From the NCBI RefSeq assembly GCF_963921235.1, contig NC_086097.1, positions 12,338,001 to 12,402,000 on the forward strand: DNA of 64,000 bases. The letters are read 5' to 3'. Made by a program: the position numbers and the translations under genes. Below are positions 34,990 through 47,877 of this stretch, piece after piece. This stretch comes from Mobula hypostoma. Taxonomy: Eukaryota. How positions within the stretch are numbered: position 1 is the first letter of the stretch; each line of letters begins with the position of its first letter. The notes beneath the pieces were generated by a model. The model did no database searches and was not told the origin of the DNA. It was given only the letters and a program-made list of their open reading frames with translations.

Positions 34990-36436
34990 TGGATCTTAAA
35001 TATCATTCCACTCTTTAAGAATGGAGGAAGGCAGCAGAAAGGAAATTATAGACTAGTTAGCCTGACCTCAGTGGTTGGGAAGATGCTGGAGTCAATTGTT
35101 AAGGATGAGGTTATGGAGTACTTGGTGATACTGGACAAGATAGGACAAAGCCAGCATGGTTTCCTTCAGGGGAAATCGTGCCTGATGAACCTGTTCAAAT
35201 TCTTTGAGATTACAAGTAAGATAGATAAGGAGATGTAGTGGATGTTGTATATTTGGACGTTCAGAAGGCGTTTGACAAGGTGCCACACATGAGGCTACTT
35301 ACCAGAGCTCATGGTATTACATAAATGTTACTGGCATGGTTAGAACATTGGCTGATTGGTAGGAGGAAGTGAATGGGAGCAAAAGGATCCTTTTCTGGTT
35401 GGCTGCCAGTGACTAGTGGTGTTCTGCAGGGGTCGGTGTTGGGACCATTTCTTTTTATGTTGTATATCAATGATTTAGATGATGGAATTGCTGGCTTTGT
35501 TGCCAAGTTTGCAGATGATACGAAGATTGGTGGAGAAGTAGGTAGTGTTGAGGAAACAGGTAGGCAGCAAAAGGACAGAAAGATTGGGAGAATGGGCAAG
35601 AAAGTGGCAAATAAAATACAATGTTGGAAAAAGCATGGTCATGCACTTTGATAGAAAAAATAAATGTGCAGACTATTTTCTAAATGGAGAGAAAATCCAA
35701 AAATTTGAGATGCAAAAGGACTTGTGAGTCCTTATGCAGAACATCCTGAAGGTTAACTTGCAGGTTGAGTCAGTGGTGAGAATGGCAAATGCCATGTTAG
35801 CATTCGTTTCAAGAGGTCTAGAATACAAGAGCAGGGATGTGATGCTGAGGCTTTATAAGGCACTGGTGAGGCCCCACCTTGAGTATTGTGAATAGTTCTG
35901 GGCTCCTCATCTAAGAAAGGATGTGCTGGCATTGGAGAGGGTCCAGAGAAGGTTCACAAGGATGATTCTGGGAATGAAAGGGTTATCATATGAGGGACAT
36001 TTGATAGCTCTGGGTCTATACTTGCTGGAATTTAGAAGGATGAGGAGGGATCTCATTGAAACCTTTCAAACGTTGAAAGGCCTAGACAGAGTAGATGTGG
36101 AAAGGATGTTTCTCATGGTGGGAGAGTCTACGACAAGAGGGCACAGCCTCAGGATAGAGAGGCGTCCATTTAAAACAGAGTTGCAAAGAAATTTCTTTAG
36201 CCAGATGGTGGTGAGTTTATGGAACTTATTATCCCAGGCAGCTGTGGAGGCCGGGTTGTTAGGTGTATTTGAGGCTGAGCTTGATAGGTTCTTCATTATA
36301 CATGGCATCAAAAGTTCTGGGGAGAAGGCAGTAGAGTGGGGCTGAGGAGGGGATAAAAGGATGAGCCATGACTGAATGGCGGAGCAGACTCGATGGGCCA
36401 AAAGGCCTAATTCTACTCCTATGTCTTATGTTCTTA
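34990..36436 (+). mobile_element. CR1 LINE, 5'-truncated, decayed RT
   Basis: Fragments GNYRLVSLTSVVGK, GVLQGSVLGP..FADDTK, TRGHSLR; TCTTATG tail. Confidence 0.9.
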
Positions 36437-36879
36437 AAGGGACAGCGGCAGCTAACCATAACCCAGGGAAGTGGAATGTTGAAACTCGGATGCCTGCTGC
36501 AGCTCGTTTGAGACCATGAGAGATGCAGAATATTCAGTGCTTGAACTTCTGGTGAATGTCACTGAGATCGTGGGCTGAAAGGCCTGTACCTGTTCTCTAC
36601 TGTTCTGTGTTCTATGTTCCATGTTCTATGATCTGTCCCTCACATTTATGTTTGCTATCCAATAATGACACATCAAGAAATGAATGGGGGAAAAGATGTG
36701 CCCTTAACGATCCTGTGCAACCAGCATTCCTCAACTGAATTTTACAAACATGTGGAATGACAACAATATATGCTGGGGACAGTCAGTAGGTCAGGCAACC
36801 CTTGTGGAAAAAGAAACAATTGAAAATTCAGGTCCAAGACATTTTGTGGAGAAAAGAAGTTAGCTTAATTAAACAATAT

Positions 36880-37270
36880 AATTACGTTACTGTCGCCTTC
36901 CTGTCAGCTTGAATCGTCTGGCCATTCTCCTCCAACTTTTCTCATTAACAAGGCGTTTTTACCCACAGGACTGCTGCTCACTGGATGCTTTTTGTTTATC
37001 ACACCATTCTCTGTAAACTTTAGAGATGTTGTGTGTGAAAATCTTACAAGATCAGTTTCTGAGATATTCAAACCACCCCACCTACCACCAACAATTATTC
37101 CACGGTCATAGTCACTTAGATCACATTTCTTCCCCATTGTGATGTTTGGTTTGAACAGCAAACTGAACCTCCTGATCATGTCTGCATGTCTTTATGCTGT
37201 CATGTGATTGGCTGATATTTATATTAACAAGCAGATGTACAGGTGCCCCGAATAAAGTGGCCACGCAGTG
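36880..37270 (-). mobile_element. Tc1 derivative (left end)
   Basis: ORF 36904-37179 has MGKKCDLSDYDRGIIVGGRWGGLNISET; TIR AATAAAGTGGCCACGCAGTG-TA. Confidence 0.8.
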
Positions 37271-37866
37271 TACAACTGCAAGGTATTTCACAGCAACTTT
37301 CTCAAGCAAACTTTCACAGCAATCTATAAAATAAAAAATAGATGACTAGCAACTTGGTCAAAGAAGCAGTTTGAATCACCCGGTATTGGAAATTAGAAAC
37401 CATAGCCATGTTTTTCAAGAGATGTGGATGAAAGGAAAGTGGATACATTAGGCCAGTTAATCCGACATCAGTGGTAGGAATAATGTTAAGATCTATTTTT
37501 AGGGATATGGTAACAGGGCACTTTGAAATATATAATATGATTAGACAGAGTCAAGACAGAAGTATGAAAAGGAAATTGTGATTGACAAATCTGTTAGGGA
37601 TTTTAGAGGTTGTAGCAGAGCCATGCATAGATAAATGAAACCTTTGAATGCAGTGTATTTCAATTTTGAAATAAGGTGCCACACAAGAGGCTATTACACA
37701 AAATTAGGACTCATTGGATGGAGGATAATATATAATGAAATGAAGACTGGTTAACAGGCAGAAAACCAGAACAGAAATAAAGATAATTTTCAGATATGCA
37801 GACTTTTACTGGTGAGGAGAAATGATTCACGTAGGTGACGGGACTGGATGCAATCACTTTTGCTGA

Positions 37867-38715
37867 TGGCCACTTTACATCTGCTCTTTAATGCAAATAT
37901 CTAATCAGCCAATTATCTGGCAGCAGCTCAATGCTGTAAAGCAGTGGTCCTCAGCCTCCAGGCCGCGGACCGATACCGGGCCGCAAAGCATGTAGGGGTG
38001 TTGTGGTAGCCCGGACGCACCCAGCACATCTTTAAGAAAAAGGCCGAAATAAACAAGTTAATTAATTAGGTGCCACCTGGCACATAAATGTCGGCCCAGA
38101 TCAGAGGCGATTGCTGATTCAATTGCCTCTGATCTGGGCCGACATTTACGTGCCGGGCGGCACCTAATTAATTAGCTTGTTTATTTCAGCTTTTTTCTTG
38201 AAAATGTGCTGGGTGCGTCCCGGCTACCACCGCACCCCTACATGCTTCACGGCCTGGAGGATGGGGACCACCGCTGTAAAGCATGCAGACATGATCAAGA
38301 GGCTCAGCTATTGTTCATATCAAATAGCAGAATAGTGAAGACATGTGAGCTAAGTGATTTTGACCATGAAATGATTGTTGCTGTCAAATGGGATGGTTTG
38401 AGTATCTCAGAAACTGCTGATCTCCTGGGATTTTCACATACAAATCTCTAGGGTTTGTAAAGAATGATGTGAAAAAAAATCCAGAGATTTTTCTATGGTA
38501 GTTCTGTGGGTGAAAATGTTCTGTTAATGAGAGAGTTTAGAAAGGAATGTCCAGACTGGTTCAAGGTGACAGGAAGGCGATCATAACTCAAATAATCAGA
38601 CATTACAACAGTCGTGTGCAGAAGCACATCTCTGAATGCACAAAACATTGAACCTTGAAATAGATGGGCAGAAGACTATAAACAGACACTTCAATGGCCA
38701 CTTTATTAGGTATCT
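37867..38715 (+). mobile_element. Tc1 derivative (same family as 17263) carrying a hAT MITE, itself inserted in an old CR1 (~37390-38935)
   Basis: CELSDFDHEMIV..GLSISETADLLGFS; second TIR copy CACTTCAATGGCCACTTTATTAGGTA at ~38687-38712. Confidence 0.8.
37942..38273. mobile_element. hAT-type palindromic MITE with perfect 8-bp TSD
   Basis: Termini CAGTGGTCCTCA..TGGGGACCACCG; TSD CTGTAAAG at 37934-37941 and 38274-38281; arms pair over almost the full length. Confidence 0.92.
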
Positions 38716-38935
38716 CCTTAAGGAACATGACAAAGTAGATGTCAGAAAGTTGTTTTCAGGTTGCATTTCTGAAACTCAGGTCTCGCAGCTTCAGAACATG
38801 AAATAGCATTTTGGTACCAATGTAAAAAGACATTCCTTCTCTCTGAATGTGGGAAATTAACCCCAGGTGTCGACAGTTGTTATGATAATCTGCTTATTTG
38901 ATGCCCACCTTGTTAATATTGTGAGATCTAAAGGA

Positions 38936-39525
38936 TATGGTTGGGCTGAGTTGTTGTCCGATCTTGGCAATTTACTTGCATTCGTTTTGTTACCATACAT
39001 AGTCATAGTCATAGTCATAGTCATACTGTATTGATCCCGGGGGAAATTGGTTTTCGTTACAGTTGCACCATAAATAATTAAATAGTAATAATAAAACCAT
39101 AAATAGTTAAATAGTAATATGTAGATTATGCCAGGAAATAAGTCCTGGACCAGCCTATTGGCTCAGGGTTTCTGACCCTCCAGGGGAGGAGTTGTAAAGT
39201 TTGATGGCCACAGGCAGGAATGACTTCCTATGATGCTCTGTGTTGCATCTCGGTGGAATGAGCCTCTGGCTGAATGTACTCCTGTGCCCACCCAGTACAT
39301 TATGTAGTGGATGGGAGACATTGACCAAGATGGCATGCAACTTAGACAGCATCCTCTTTTCAGACACCACCGTCAGAGAGTCCAGTTCCATCCCCACAGC
39401 ATCACTGGCCTTATGAATGAGTTTGTTGATTCTGTTTGTTGATACAAGGAGACATCATCCGTGATCGTATCGAAACGTTTGCAAGTAAATTGCCAAGATC
39501 GGAGAACAACACAACCCTACCATTG
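38936..39525. mobile_element. Inverted-repeat element from a second Penelope-type pLTR, interrupted by a LINE
   Basis: GTTGTTGTCCGATCTTGGCAATTTACTTGCA (38950-38980) inverted at TGCAAGTAAATTGCCAAGATCGGAGAACAAC (39480-39510); GAAACGTT hammerhead-like remnant. Confidence 0.55.
39000..39441 (-). mobile_element. Young Rex1/L2-group LINE 3' end with (GACTAT)n tail
   Basis: ORF 39155-39397 ..HRKSFLPVAIKLYNSS; candidate TSD ATACA at 38995-38999 and 39442-39446. Confidence 0.85.
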
Positions 39526-40493
39526 ACCACCCAAACTACACATTTTCTGAATTACTTCCATTTAAAGGATATGTACTGAGGTGGAAAAGTGGAGTGGAAA
39601 TAAAAGTACAGTTTTGGTGGAGTAGGATCAAAAGCTGCTAGTATTATGTGGTAGAATCAGGGTCAGTTAGAGGTTTCAGAGCTTATGGATGAATAGAACT
39701 TGAAATGAATTGGGATACAGGGGATTATTTTGAATGACCTTACTTCACTGAAGCTGGAAGTGGAATGGCAATCAGCAGTTGAAATTGGAATAATTAGTAT
39801 TTGGGGTAAGGAATATACAGAAGAGTGTTTCAATAGCAGATTGGCTGAAATGTGCTGTTTTGGGTGATGTTACAGAGGTGAAATTAGGGGCTGTTAGTGA
39901 TGGCAAAGATGTCAGTAGCTCATTTTTAGGTGAAATTTGACACCAAGGTTGCAAACCGTCTGCTTTAGCAACACAGTTGCCAGGGGAAAAAAAAGTTGGT
40001 AACTAGGGAGCAGAATTTGTGATAGGGACTGATGCTGTTGGCCTCCATCTTCTCAATATTTAATTAGAGGCAATTTCCCTTCGTCGAGAATGAGGTGTTG
40101 GTCACAGTCTGACAACCGAGTGTCAGTAGAAGGGTCGAAAGGCAATGGTGGTGTAAAGTTTGACTGACTGTTGTCAACATGCTTGTGAAAATTGGTGCTG
40201 AATTCTCAAATGATATTGCTGAGGGACATTATGAATCAATGTTTGTTGCTATTCTCTACAGAGAAACATAAAGTTGATTTTCTTGCAAGCAGAATGTAAT
40301 TTTAATGGAAAAATGTTTTGGCTTTGACTGCATGGCTTTCAGCTAAATTTCTGTTCATCAATGCACATAATTCTGTTGCTTCATTTGGCTGTGGGAATGA
40401 GAAGATCTATTTCAAAAGCCCTGTAATGTACTGAGTATTTGATTAGTTTTATTACTGATAGTTTCATCAAACTTACTGAAAGTGACTGATGAT

Positions 40494-40695
40494 GAAATCC
40501 AAGCAACACACACAAAATACTGGATGAACTCAGAAGGCCAAGCGGCATCCATGGAAAAGAGTACGGTCGATGTTTCAGCTGAGACCCAAGGAAGAGAAGG
40601 GTCTCGGCCCGAAACGTCAGCTGTATTGTTTTCCATAAATGCAGCCTGGCCTGCTGAGTTCCTCCAGTAGGCTGGGAGTGTGTTGCTTGGATTTC
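40494..40695. repeat. ~200-bp hairpin made of two inverted Penelope pLTR halves
   Basis: GAAATCCAAGCAACACAC..GAGACCC / GGGTCTC..GTGTGTTGCTTGGATTTC with an 11-nt spacer. Confidence 0.8.
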
Positions 40696-41811
40696 CAGTA
40701 CCTGTAGATTTTCTCTTGTTGAAGATCAAATCCAAATCACTTTCAATCTCCAATAAAGGTCTTGTGAATTTTAAAGTTTTCAGCTGTAGGGGTATACTTC
40801 ACAGTGAAAAACGCATTTTGAAATGCAGTCATTGGTGCAATATAAGAAACAGGGAAGCCAATTTGGGGGCAGTACAATCCAACATCCAACAGCGAAATAA
40901 CTGATCTGATGAAAGAATTTTGTAAATGTTGGAGAGTATTCTGGAGTTAGGTTATAGAGCAAAATATCACCTTCAGCAACCAATATTTAGACCTGAACAT
41001 GGACTGTAGAATACATTTAAAATGCAGCTCTGGACAATGGGCTCCTAGATCTGTGAACTGCAGTTAGTTGAAAACCAGACAATGCTGATTAACATTCATT
41101 TTGGGTGTCTGGAGTGTAGGCGCGAAGAAGGAGGTGTGAAAGCTATTTTTAATACAAAGGAAGCATTGTAGAAACATTGTAAATGTAGAAATGTCCTTTG
41201 ATCTTTTGCATATAAAATGTCATGCAATATTGAGTCAAAAAGGCTTCTTCCTCCAAAAGGGTCTCAATATGATGGCTGCTTGTGTCTCATTTTGTCCAAT
41301 AAAGGACTACATCATATGTACCAGCTGCATCTCTCCAGTGACTTTGTTCATACTACAACAATAAAGATGGTTGCAAAGTGAGCTGAGACCTCCGTCGGTC
41401 AGCGTCAATGATGGATGTTGTGTAGTAACCGTCTATATATGCAAGCAAGGGCAGTGCAATATGGAGAGTGATCCCATGTAGTATGTTCCCCCTCTCCACG
41501 CATCTGATGAACCCAAAGGAACGGCAGAGACCAACACGGTTTGGCACAAGGGTGAGAAATATATTGAGCCACAGAGTACAAAATTAGGCTCTACGGCCCA
41601 TTGAGTCCACCCTGACCATTGGGTATATTTCATTGGGTATATTTAAAGCAATGGTTGATAGGTTCTTGGTTACTAAGTGTCTCAGTGGTTACAGGGGGAA
41701 GGCAGGAGAAAGAGATTGACAGGGAAAATAAATCACACGTGATTGAATGATGGAGAAGACTTGGCTAAATAGCCTAATTCTGCTCCTATGTCTTACAGTT
41801 TTATGGTTTTA

Positions 41812-42135
41812 TCATGGTCAGAAGTGGTTTGCCACTACCTTCTTCTGGGCAGTGTCTTTACAAGATGGGTGACCCCAGCTATTAGCAATACTCTTTAGAG
41901 ATTGTCTGCCTGGAATCAGTGGTCACATAACCAGGACATGTGATAAGCATCAGCTGCTCACACACCATCCACCACCAGCCTCCATGGCTCCACGTGACCC
42001 TGATCGGGAGGAGGAAGTGTGTGGTGGCGGGGGGTTGCCTAAGCAGGTGCTACACCTTGCCCAAGGGTGACCTGCAGGCTAGTGGAGGGAAGGAACGCTT
42101 TCCACCTTCTTTGGTAGGGATGTTTCTCCACTCTA
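41812..42135 (-). mobile_element. RTE-related non-autonomous element
   Basis: Similar to 13545-13921. Confidence 0.6.
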
Positions 42136-42609
42136 CTATCCGGTATGGTCTTATGACCATTCATTTAAAAATAAGGAAATAAAATACAGATGATGGGAAT
42201 TTGAAATAAAAATTACTTGAGAATGCTGGCTCTTGGCCTTGAAACATTAACTCTGTTTCTCTTTCCACAGATGCTGCCTGACCTGCTGACCCCTTCCAGA
42301 GTTTTCTGTTTCGTTATTCATTATTGTCTTCACCACTCTCTTTCCCTCTGCTCCATATTCTCTTTTATCATTTCACCTCACTTGCTCTTCGTTATATTTG
42401 TTCTTGATAAAATACGAACTTGCGTGGGTATAAAAAGCGAACACATTGTTTATTTACATAATGGCTTCAGCTCGACCACATTTTACTCATTTTGCTGTCC
42501 CTTGTGCTTGAAGGTCACTATAGAGCCCTCAGATGTTCGCTCCAGTTTAGCCTGTCCCTTTTACTTTCACTGGCTAAATCTTGCTCTTTATTTTGAAAGT
42601 CTTGCAATC

Positions 42610-43820
42610 ATCCACTGATAACAAATTCACCTGGGGTCCAGTGTCAAGCTTGAATGGAATTACTGTCTCATTCACCGTCACAAAAACAGTCCATTCTGCC
42701 TAACCAGCACCAGCAGTCTGCAGAGAATCCACAAGAACTTCCTCCATTTCCTCAGCAAGCTTTGGCAGCTTTGCAGTACTTTGTGAAATGATTCCTGTTC
42801 CCACAATTATTGCTGAACTTTCCATAATCAGAACACTTCTTTGGAATGTATCTACCTCCACATTTGCTGCTTGAACCTATCTCTTGGCTTTGTTGTTGCT
42901 TTGGGAAATGCATTGTGCTCTGCCCCTCTGTTTTCACGGCATTTACTGTTGTTCCTGCTCTGTGCTGCTCCTTAGCTTGTGCTCGAGTGGTCTCCACTGA
43001 CGTACACATATTCACAGCCTTTTCTAGCATCAAATCTTTTTCATGGAGCAGTCTTTCTCAGAGCCCATTATCTGGGATTCCACACGTTTTTCTGTCTTTG
43101 ACTAGTGAGTCCTTCAAGTCTCCAGACTCACAGGACTTACTCAGTGTGTCAAGCTCAGCTAAATAATGGCCAAAGCTAACACATTGTTTCTGGTGAAAGG
43201 AAAAGAACTTATCTCTCTCAAATGTGATGTCTTTACATGGGACAAAATGCTCCTCAATTTTTTTCATCAGAGTGTCCAATTGTCTGTCTCATCAATTTGA
43301 AAGCTGTTGTAGATGTCCAAAGCACCTTCACCAATTACATGTAGAAAGATGGATGCGTTCTATTTTTCTTCTGTCTCGCTGGTTCTGCTTGCCACTAAAT
43401 ATATATTGAATCGCTGTTGAAACGTTTCCAATTATCAGTTAGATTGCCGGTAAACTGCATAGCTGCTGGAGGCCTTAGGTTATCCATTGAGAGGATTTTT
43501 AGACTCTCACCTCAATTTCTTGGTGCGCTATGAGACAGCGTGCTGTCCTGCCAGCATCTTCTCTCTATCAGAACCTAACATCTCTTTTGTAGTCACTCAC
43601 CGTATTCAGTTACACTTCATATTTATATCTCCGACTTCTGACACCACGTTATGCTTGTTCGTTAACAAAGTTTAAGCGCTAACACATTTATAAACAGCAG
43701 ACAGTCATAGCTTCTAGCTCCACACTTTAGCACGTGCTTCCATTTCACCAATGTCACCTGTAGTTCGGGGCAAACCTCCCGCATTACACACTGGGAACTT
43801 AAGTTCTTTATAATGTAACA
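42610..43820 (-). mobile_element. Gypsy (Mag-like) LTR retrotransposon 5' remnant: LTR, PBS, decayed gag and protease
   Basis: LTR 43820-43647 (TGTTACA..CATAACG); PBS TGGTGTCAGAAGT (tRNA-Leu type) at 43646-43634; gag start MDNLRPPAAMQFTGNLTDNWKRF; decayed Zn knuckle CGNRNHFTKYC; protease FKLDTGPQVNL at ~42660-42620. Confidence 0.85.
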
Positions 43821-44040
43821 CACTCTTCACTCTATTACAGAACTTTGTTTGTGCCCTCTCTTCATTTCAGCCTTTCCTCTGCATACTAGTATAACATTAA
43901 TTCTACCCATTTACAACAAAGACCATTACCTTTACTCTCTTGACAGATCCTGACTGATCCAGCATTTTCTGATTTTTTAGAAAGCATGCTGTCACTTATT
44001 TTGGGGTTTTGGGAAAGGGGATCATAACTAAAGGGCATCT

Positions 44041-44850
44041 TATAGTCATAGTCATAGTCATACTTTATTGATCCCGGGGGAAATTGGTTTTCGTTACAGT
44101 TGCACCATAAATAATAAATAGTAATAGAACCATAAATAGTTAAATAGTAATATGTAAATTATGCCGGTAAATTATGAAATAAGTCCAGGACCAGCCTGTT
44201 GGCTCAGGGTGTCTGACCCTCCAAGGGAGGAGTTGTCAAGTTTGGTGGCCACAGGCAGGAATGACTTCCTATGACGCTCTGTGCTGCATCTCGGTGGAAT
44301 GAGTGTCTGGCTGAATGTACTCCTGTGCCTAACCAGTACATTATGTAGTGGAAGGGAGACATTGTCCAAGATGACATGCAACTTGGACAGCATCCTCTTT
44401 TCAGACACCACCGTCAGAGAGTCCAGTTCCATCCCCACAACATCACTGGCCTTATGAATGAGTTTGTTGATTCTGTTGGTGTCTGCTACCCTCAGCCTGC
44501 TGCCCCAGCACACAACAGCAAACGTGATAGAACTGGCCACCACAGACTCGTAGAACATCCTCAGCATCGTCCGGTAGATGTTAAAGGACCTTAGTCTCCT
44601 CAGGAAATAGAGACGGCTCTGACCCTTCTTGTAGACAGCTTCAGTGTTCTTTGACCAGTCCAGTTTATTGTCAATTCGTATCCCCAGGTATTTGTAATCC
44701 TCCACCATGTCCACACTGACCCCCTGGATGGAAACAGGGGTCACCGGTACCTTAGCTCTCCTCAGGTCTACCACCAGCTCCTTAGTCTTTTTCACATTAA
44801 GCTGCAGATAATTCTGCTCACACCATGTGACAAAGTTTCCTACCATAGCC
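44041..44850 (-). mobile_element. Young Rex1/L2-group LINE 3' part with (GACTAT)n tail, inserted in an old CR1 end
   Basis: Open 224-aa ORF (LQLNVKKTKELVVD, YKYLG, RLYFLRRLRSF); candidate TSD CTTATA at 44039-44044 and 44850-44855. Confidence 0.88.
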
Positions 44851-44959
44851 TTATAAAGATTGTTGCTTAAGAAATCAATGAGAAATTAGAAAAAGCATGA
44901 TTTTAGAGTGGTGCAAATGTGGAACTTGCTACCAAGGGGAGTAGTATGGCAGGATTATA

Positions 44960-45250
44960 TTTTATTTATTTATTTGTTTTCTTGATTTTTTTTTAGAAAC
45001 ACAGCATGGAACAGGCCATTCTGGCCCAATGAGACACATGGCTCAGCACCCCGCCCCAACCAAACCACAGGACAACTTACAATGACCAATTAACCCTCTA
45101 ACTGATGCGCCTTTGGACTGCGAGAGGAAACTGGAGCACTCAGAGGAAACGCAACTGGGAGGACATATAATCTTCCTAAAGATGCATCAGAATTGAACTC
45201 CAGACTCTGAAGCCCCAAGCTGTAATAACTTCGATACTGTGGTGCCCCTT
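44960..45250 (-). mobile_element. V-SINE (antisense)
   Basis: TTTATTTATT tail; ACAATGACCAATTAACC..TTTGGACTGCGAGAGGAAACTGGAGCAC. Confidence 0.7.
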
Positions 45251-45559
45251 AATAGGGATTATTGGATTAATGGGGAAACTAGTTAACCATAGGAGAGAAA
45301 AGGGAATCGAAGGTTATGGACAATAAGAGGAAACTCAAGTGTAGGTTAAGTTCCCCAGCACTGGTTATTTGGACCAAATGACCATTTATAATTGTATTGT
45401 TTTCAATTCTAACATCCATACTTTCGGAATCCACTTTGAGAATATATCTGCCAATCCTGAGCCCAGCTAGAGAACTGTTACACTGAGATTGAAATGCTCC
45501 TCAATGCTTCTCACATGCCAGTGGTGTTCATAGGTTATCGCCATGCGGAGGTATTAGTG

Positions 45560-45988
45560 TATATTGAATCGCTGAAAAAGCTGCAGGAAGTCGTTAACTC
45601 AGCCAGCTCCATCATGTGCGCTAGCCTCTCCAGCGTCCAGAACACCCTCAAAAGGCGATGCCTCATAAAGGTAGCTTGCATCATTATGGACCACATCACC
45701 AGGGCATGCCCTCTTCTCATTGCTACCACCAAGGAGGAAGTATAAGACATACACTCAACATGTCAAGAACAGTTTTGTCCTCTCCGCCATCACATTTCTG
45801 AATGGACAATGTACACTACCTCACTAATTTTTCCTCTCTTTTTCACTACCTATTTAATTTATTTTTATATATATAATTCTTACTGTAATGTATAGTTTAA
45901 AAAATTATGTATTGCTATGTACTGCTGTCCCAAAACAGCAAATTTCACGACATTTGCCAGAGATGTTAATCCTGATTCTGATTCTGAA
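45560..45988 (+). mobile_element. Rex1-type 3' remnant
   Basis: LKKLQEVVNSASSIM; tail CCTGATTCTGATTCTGA. Confidence 0.7.
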
Positions 45989-46979
45989 TATTTGTGTGTG
46001 ACAGGAGATCCAGAAAGACTAATTGATGATGCTACTTCTATCCATTTATTTTTTGCATGCAGTCCAATGGACTAATTTGCTATTAATATCATGACTGCCA
46101 TTGTTCAGTGAGAGGATTACATGTGAAACCGTATCAATGCTTTCTGAAAATCCAAGTCAAGTTCATTCACCCCCTCATCTGTCTGCTTCTGCAAGCCTTT
46201 TATCAACTCACAGGTTTGGCAATAACATTTAATTAAGTCACCTAGCATAAATGCAAGAAGAAAGATGTTGTACAAGGCTAACAAATTAAAGAACCGTTGT
46301 GAGATAAAAATCACAGACAAAATAATCATTACTAACAATTGGAATGAACGGCTATGAGAAGAAAATGATCACAGCTCCATTTTAGAAGCCATCCCCGGAA
46401 TGACAGGCCAGTTATGCTGATGGGATTATTACAACTACTGTTCAAAGCAACATGCATTAAAATGAAATGGTTATCGGCAATTTATTAAATCACATTATAA
46501 AATTGCACATTATACCTGACGTGACCTAATGTGACATATTGCCTTTGTCTACACTCATTTGAAGTCAGAATGATCTCACACTGAAAGCCAGGCTTTGAAA
46601 TGTTTGGTAGATGGAACTGAACAATCTCATCTCAGGCGTAGTTTAACTCTGCAAGCACTGCTGTGCTTATTCTGGTAACTTTAAGAGTGAATATAGTCAG
46701 TCAATGTATGCAGGAAAGATCTAAAACTGGGAAGCATGGAATTTATCATTTGAATGTTGAAATGCAAAGGAGCAGCAAGGTTGTCACTTTGAAATGAGTA
46801 CAAATGCGAAGGTAGAATTGATATTCAAAATTAACCATGTGAATTTTTTGTCACGCATGGGTTGCTATGGAATGAGAGGAACAGAGTAGTATATTATAAT
46901 ACACTGTTCTTTGTCATTATTTACTGTAAGTTGTCAGTAGATGTCTTCTTCTTAAACAGCCCTTCGAGATCAATGATGT

Positions 46980-47351
46980 GGGGTGACCTAATTGAAACCG
47001 ATTGAATGTTGAAAGGCGTTGATAGAGTAGATGTGTAGAGGATGTTTCTGATGGTAGAAGAGTCTAAGATCAGAGGACTCAGAATATAGGGACATCTATT
47101 TAGAATGGAGATGAGAAGGCATTTCTTTACCTGGAGAGTGGGAATCTGTGGAATTCATTGCCACAGGCAGCTGTAGAGGCCAAGTCTTTACAAATATTTA
47201 AGGCCAAGGTTGAGGCATGAAGGGATACAGGAAGAAGGCAGGATATTGGGGCTGAAAGGAATATTAAGTGAGCCATGATGAAGGGACGGAACACTCGATG
47301 GGCCAAATGGCCTAATCCTGCTCCTATATCTTACGGTCTTATAGTCTTATG
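46980..47351 (+). mobile_element. CR1 3' remnant
   Basis: GGTGACCTAATTGAAACC..GTGGAATTCATTGCCACAG; TCTTACGG/TCTTATAG tail. Confidence 0.75.
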
Positions 47352-47877
47352 ATTTGTTCCACTCTGGTCCTGTTGAATTGCGATGGCTGCCAAAGTAGAG
47401 CAAAGGATGTCTGATGGGGCATTTTGGGGTTACTGTGCCCTCCTCACACAACTTGTGCTTGTCCTCCACTGAATTCCACTGCAGAGGCAGGCTGGCACAA
47501 TGGAGCAGCTAACAAACCCAGTGTCTCACAGCTCCAGTGACTTCCGTTCAATCCCAGTCTCTGATGTTGTGCGGAAATTGCACGTTCTCCCTGTGACTGC
47601 TTTGGCTTTCATTTGGAAGCTCTTGTTTCATCGGACCTCCCAAAGTAGTCTAGGTCAGTTGGTTATCATGACACTGTAAATTTCCTTCAGTGTGCAGCTT
47701 AGTGGTTGATAGAAATGATGGTGGGCAGAGGGGAGAAATCAAATGTAATTAGACTACCTGCCATTCAAATTTCTACAGATGTACAGTGGAGAGCATATTC
47801 TAATTGGTTGCACACCATCTGGTATGGGGGAGGGACTACTGGATCAATGTAAGAGGCAGAGAGATGCAAACTTAGTC

